Origin: Raja brachyura
Taxonomy: Eukaryota
Assembly: GCA_963514005.1 (NCBI GenBank)
Contig: OY740808.1
Location: 13,144,001 to 13,208,000 of the forward strand
Direction: 5' to 3'
Length of the DNA stretch: 64,000 nucleotides
Each line of letters starts with the position of its first letter. The stretch's first letter is position 1. Under the pieces are notes generated by a model. The model had not been told where the DNA came from. It ran no database searches and saw nothing but the letters and a program-made list of their open reading frames with translations. Of this stretch, positions 63,386-64,000 are shown one piece after another. The position numbers and the translations under genes are program-made.

Positions 63386-63790
63386 TAAGGAGCTTTAGAA
63401 CAGTTTCCAGCAACGAGAATACAGAGCAAATCTAAAGGGGAATTATTGTGAGGGCAGGAATTTTAGATGGTGGTAGGGGAGCATTTAAATACCTTAAAAA
63501 TTACGCTAGTAAGTGTTAAAGGAAAGTTGAGAGAAAATTTGCTGAAATGTGTTCAGGAGAGCATTGTCCTGTCAGTATGTTTCCAAGCTGCTGAGAAGGC
63601 ATTGCTGGATCTGTTCCTTGGGAAGGAGGAGAACAAGTCACAATGGGAGGACAGTTTGGAAACAACAATAGCATCACAATATTTAGATAACAAGGAGAAA
63701 AGGGGAAGAACATTTTGTAATTGGAAGAGTACCAATTTTACAAGGTTGAAAATGGCTCTGGCCGAGATCTGTTTCCTGACCTAATGAGTA
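63386..63790 (+). mobile_element. Old CR1 ORF2 endonuclease/linker remnant
   Basis: VVGEH.N...LLKCVQES...ALLDLFLG...NWKSTNF..LKMALAEI resembles the CR1 APE C-terminus. Confidence 0.55.
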
Positions 63791-64000
63791 TTTTCATCAT
63801 TTTCTGTAATAATTCATCTGTGATTAACCAGTCTTCACCACCCTCTCCTGGCAGTACCGTCATTTGTCTTGTTCACTCTCTTTGGACTCCACTCCATCAC
63901 AGACAATCTCTGCTCTTTCCACCCCTCCCCCTTTTCTGTTGCATGAAGCATGATTAATTTTTAACATTTCCTAGTTCTGATTAAAGATTACAAGCTCTGT

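Overview
Vertebrate genomic DNA, most likely a cartilaginous fish (skate/ray/shark; inferred from the HER1-like CR1 LINE, V-SINE-like and Neptune-like repeat complement). The whole window lies inside one + strand gene, PPIL2 (Cyp60, U-box/cyclophilin). Seven internal coding exons (90, 76, 161, 76, 107, 90, 34 nt) have GT-AG boundaries and compatible phases. The introns are packed with TEs: young CR1 3' ends, Neptune-like Penelope-like elements (PLEs), an L1, a Rex1/Babar LINE, a Hero-like LINE, two nested Tc1 transposons (the inner one Passport-like) and two copies of an unclassified ~1.03-kb TIR element with 7-bp TSDs. The most striking signal is a pair of independent, young ~210-220-bp insertions (17252-17463, 42599-42818). 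Each is a perfect 81-90-bp hairpin made from a PLE terminal repeat, carries a minimal hammerhead-ribozyme core and a ~33-nt tail, has a 15-16-bp TSD, and sits at a CAAGATT site inside another TE. Most ORFs in the track are TE fragments or chance ORFs. Family assignments are from recalled motifs, not database searches.
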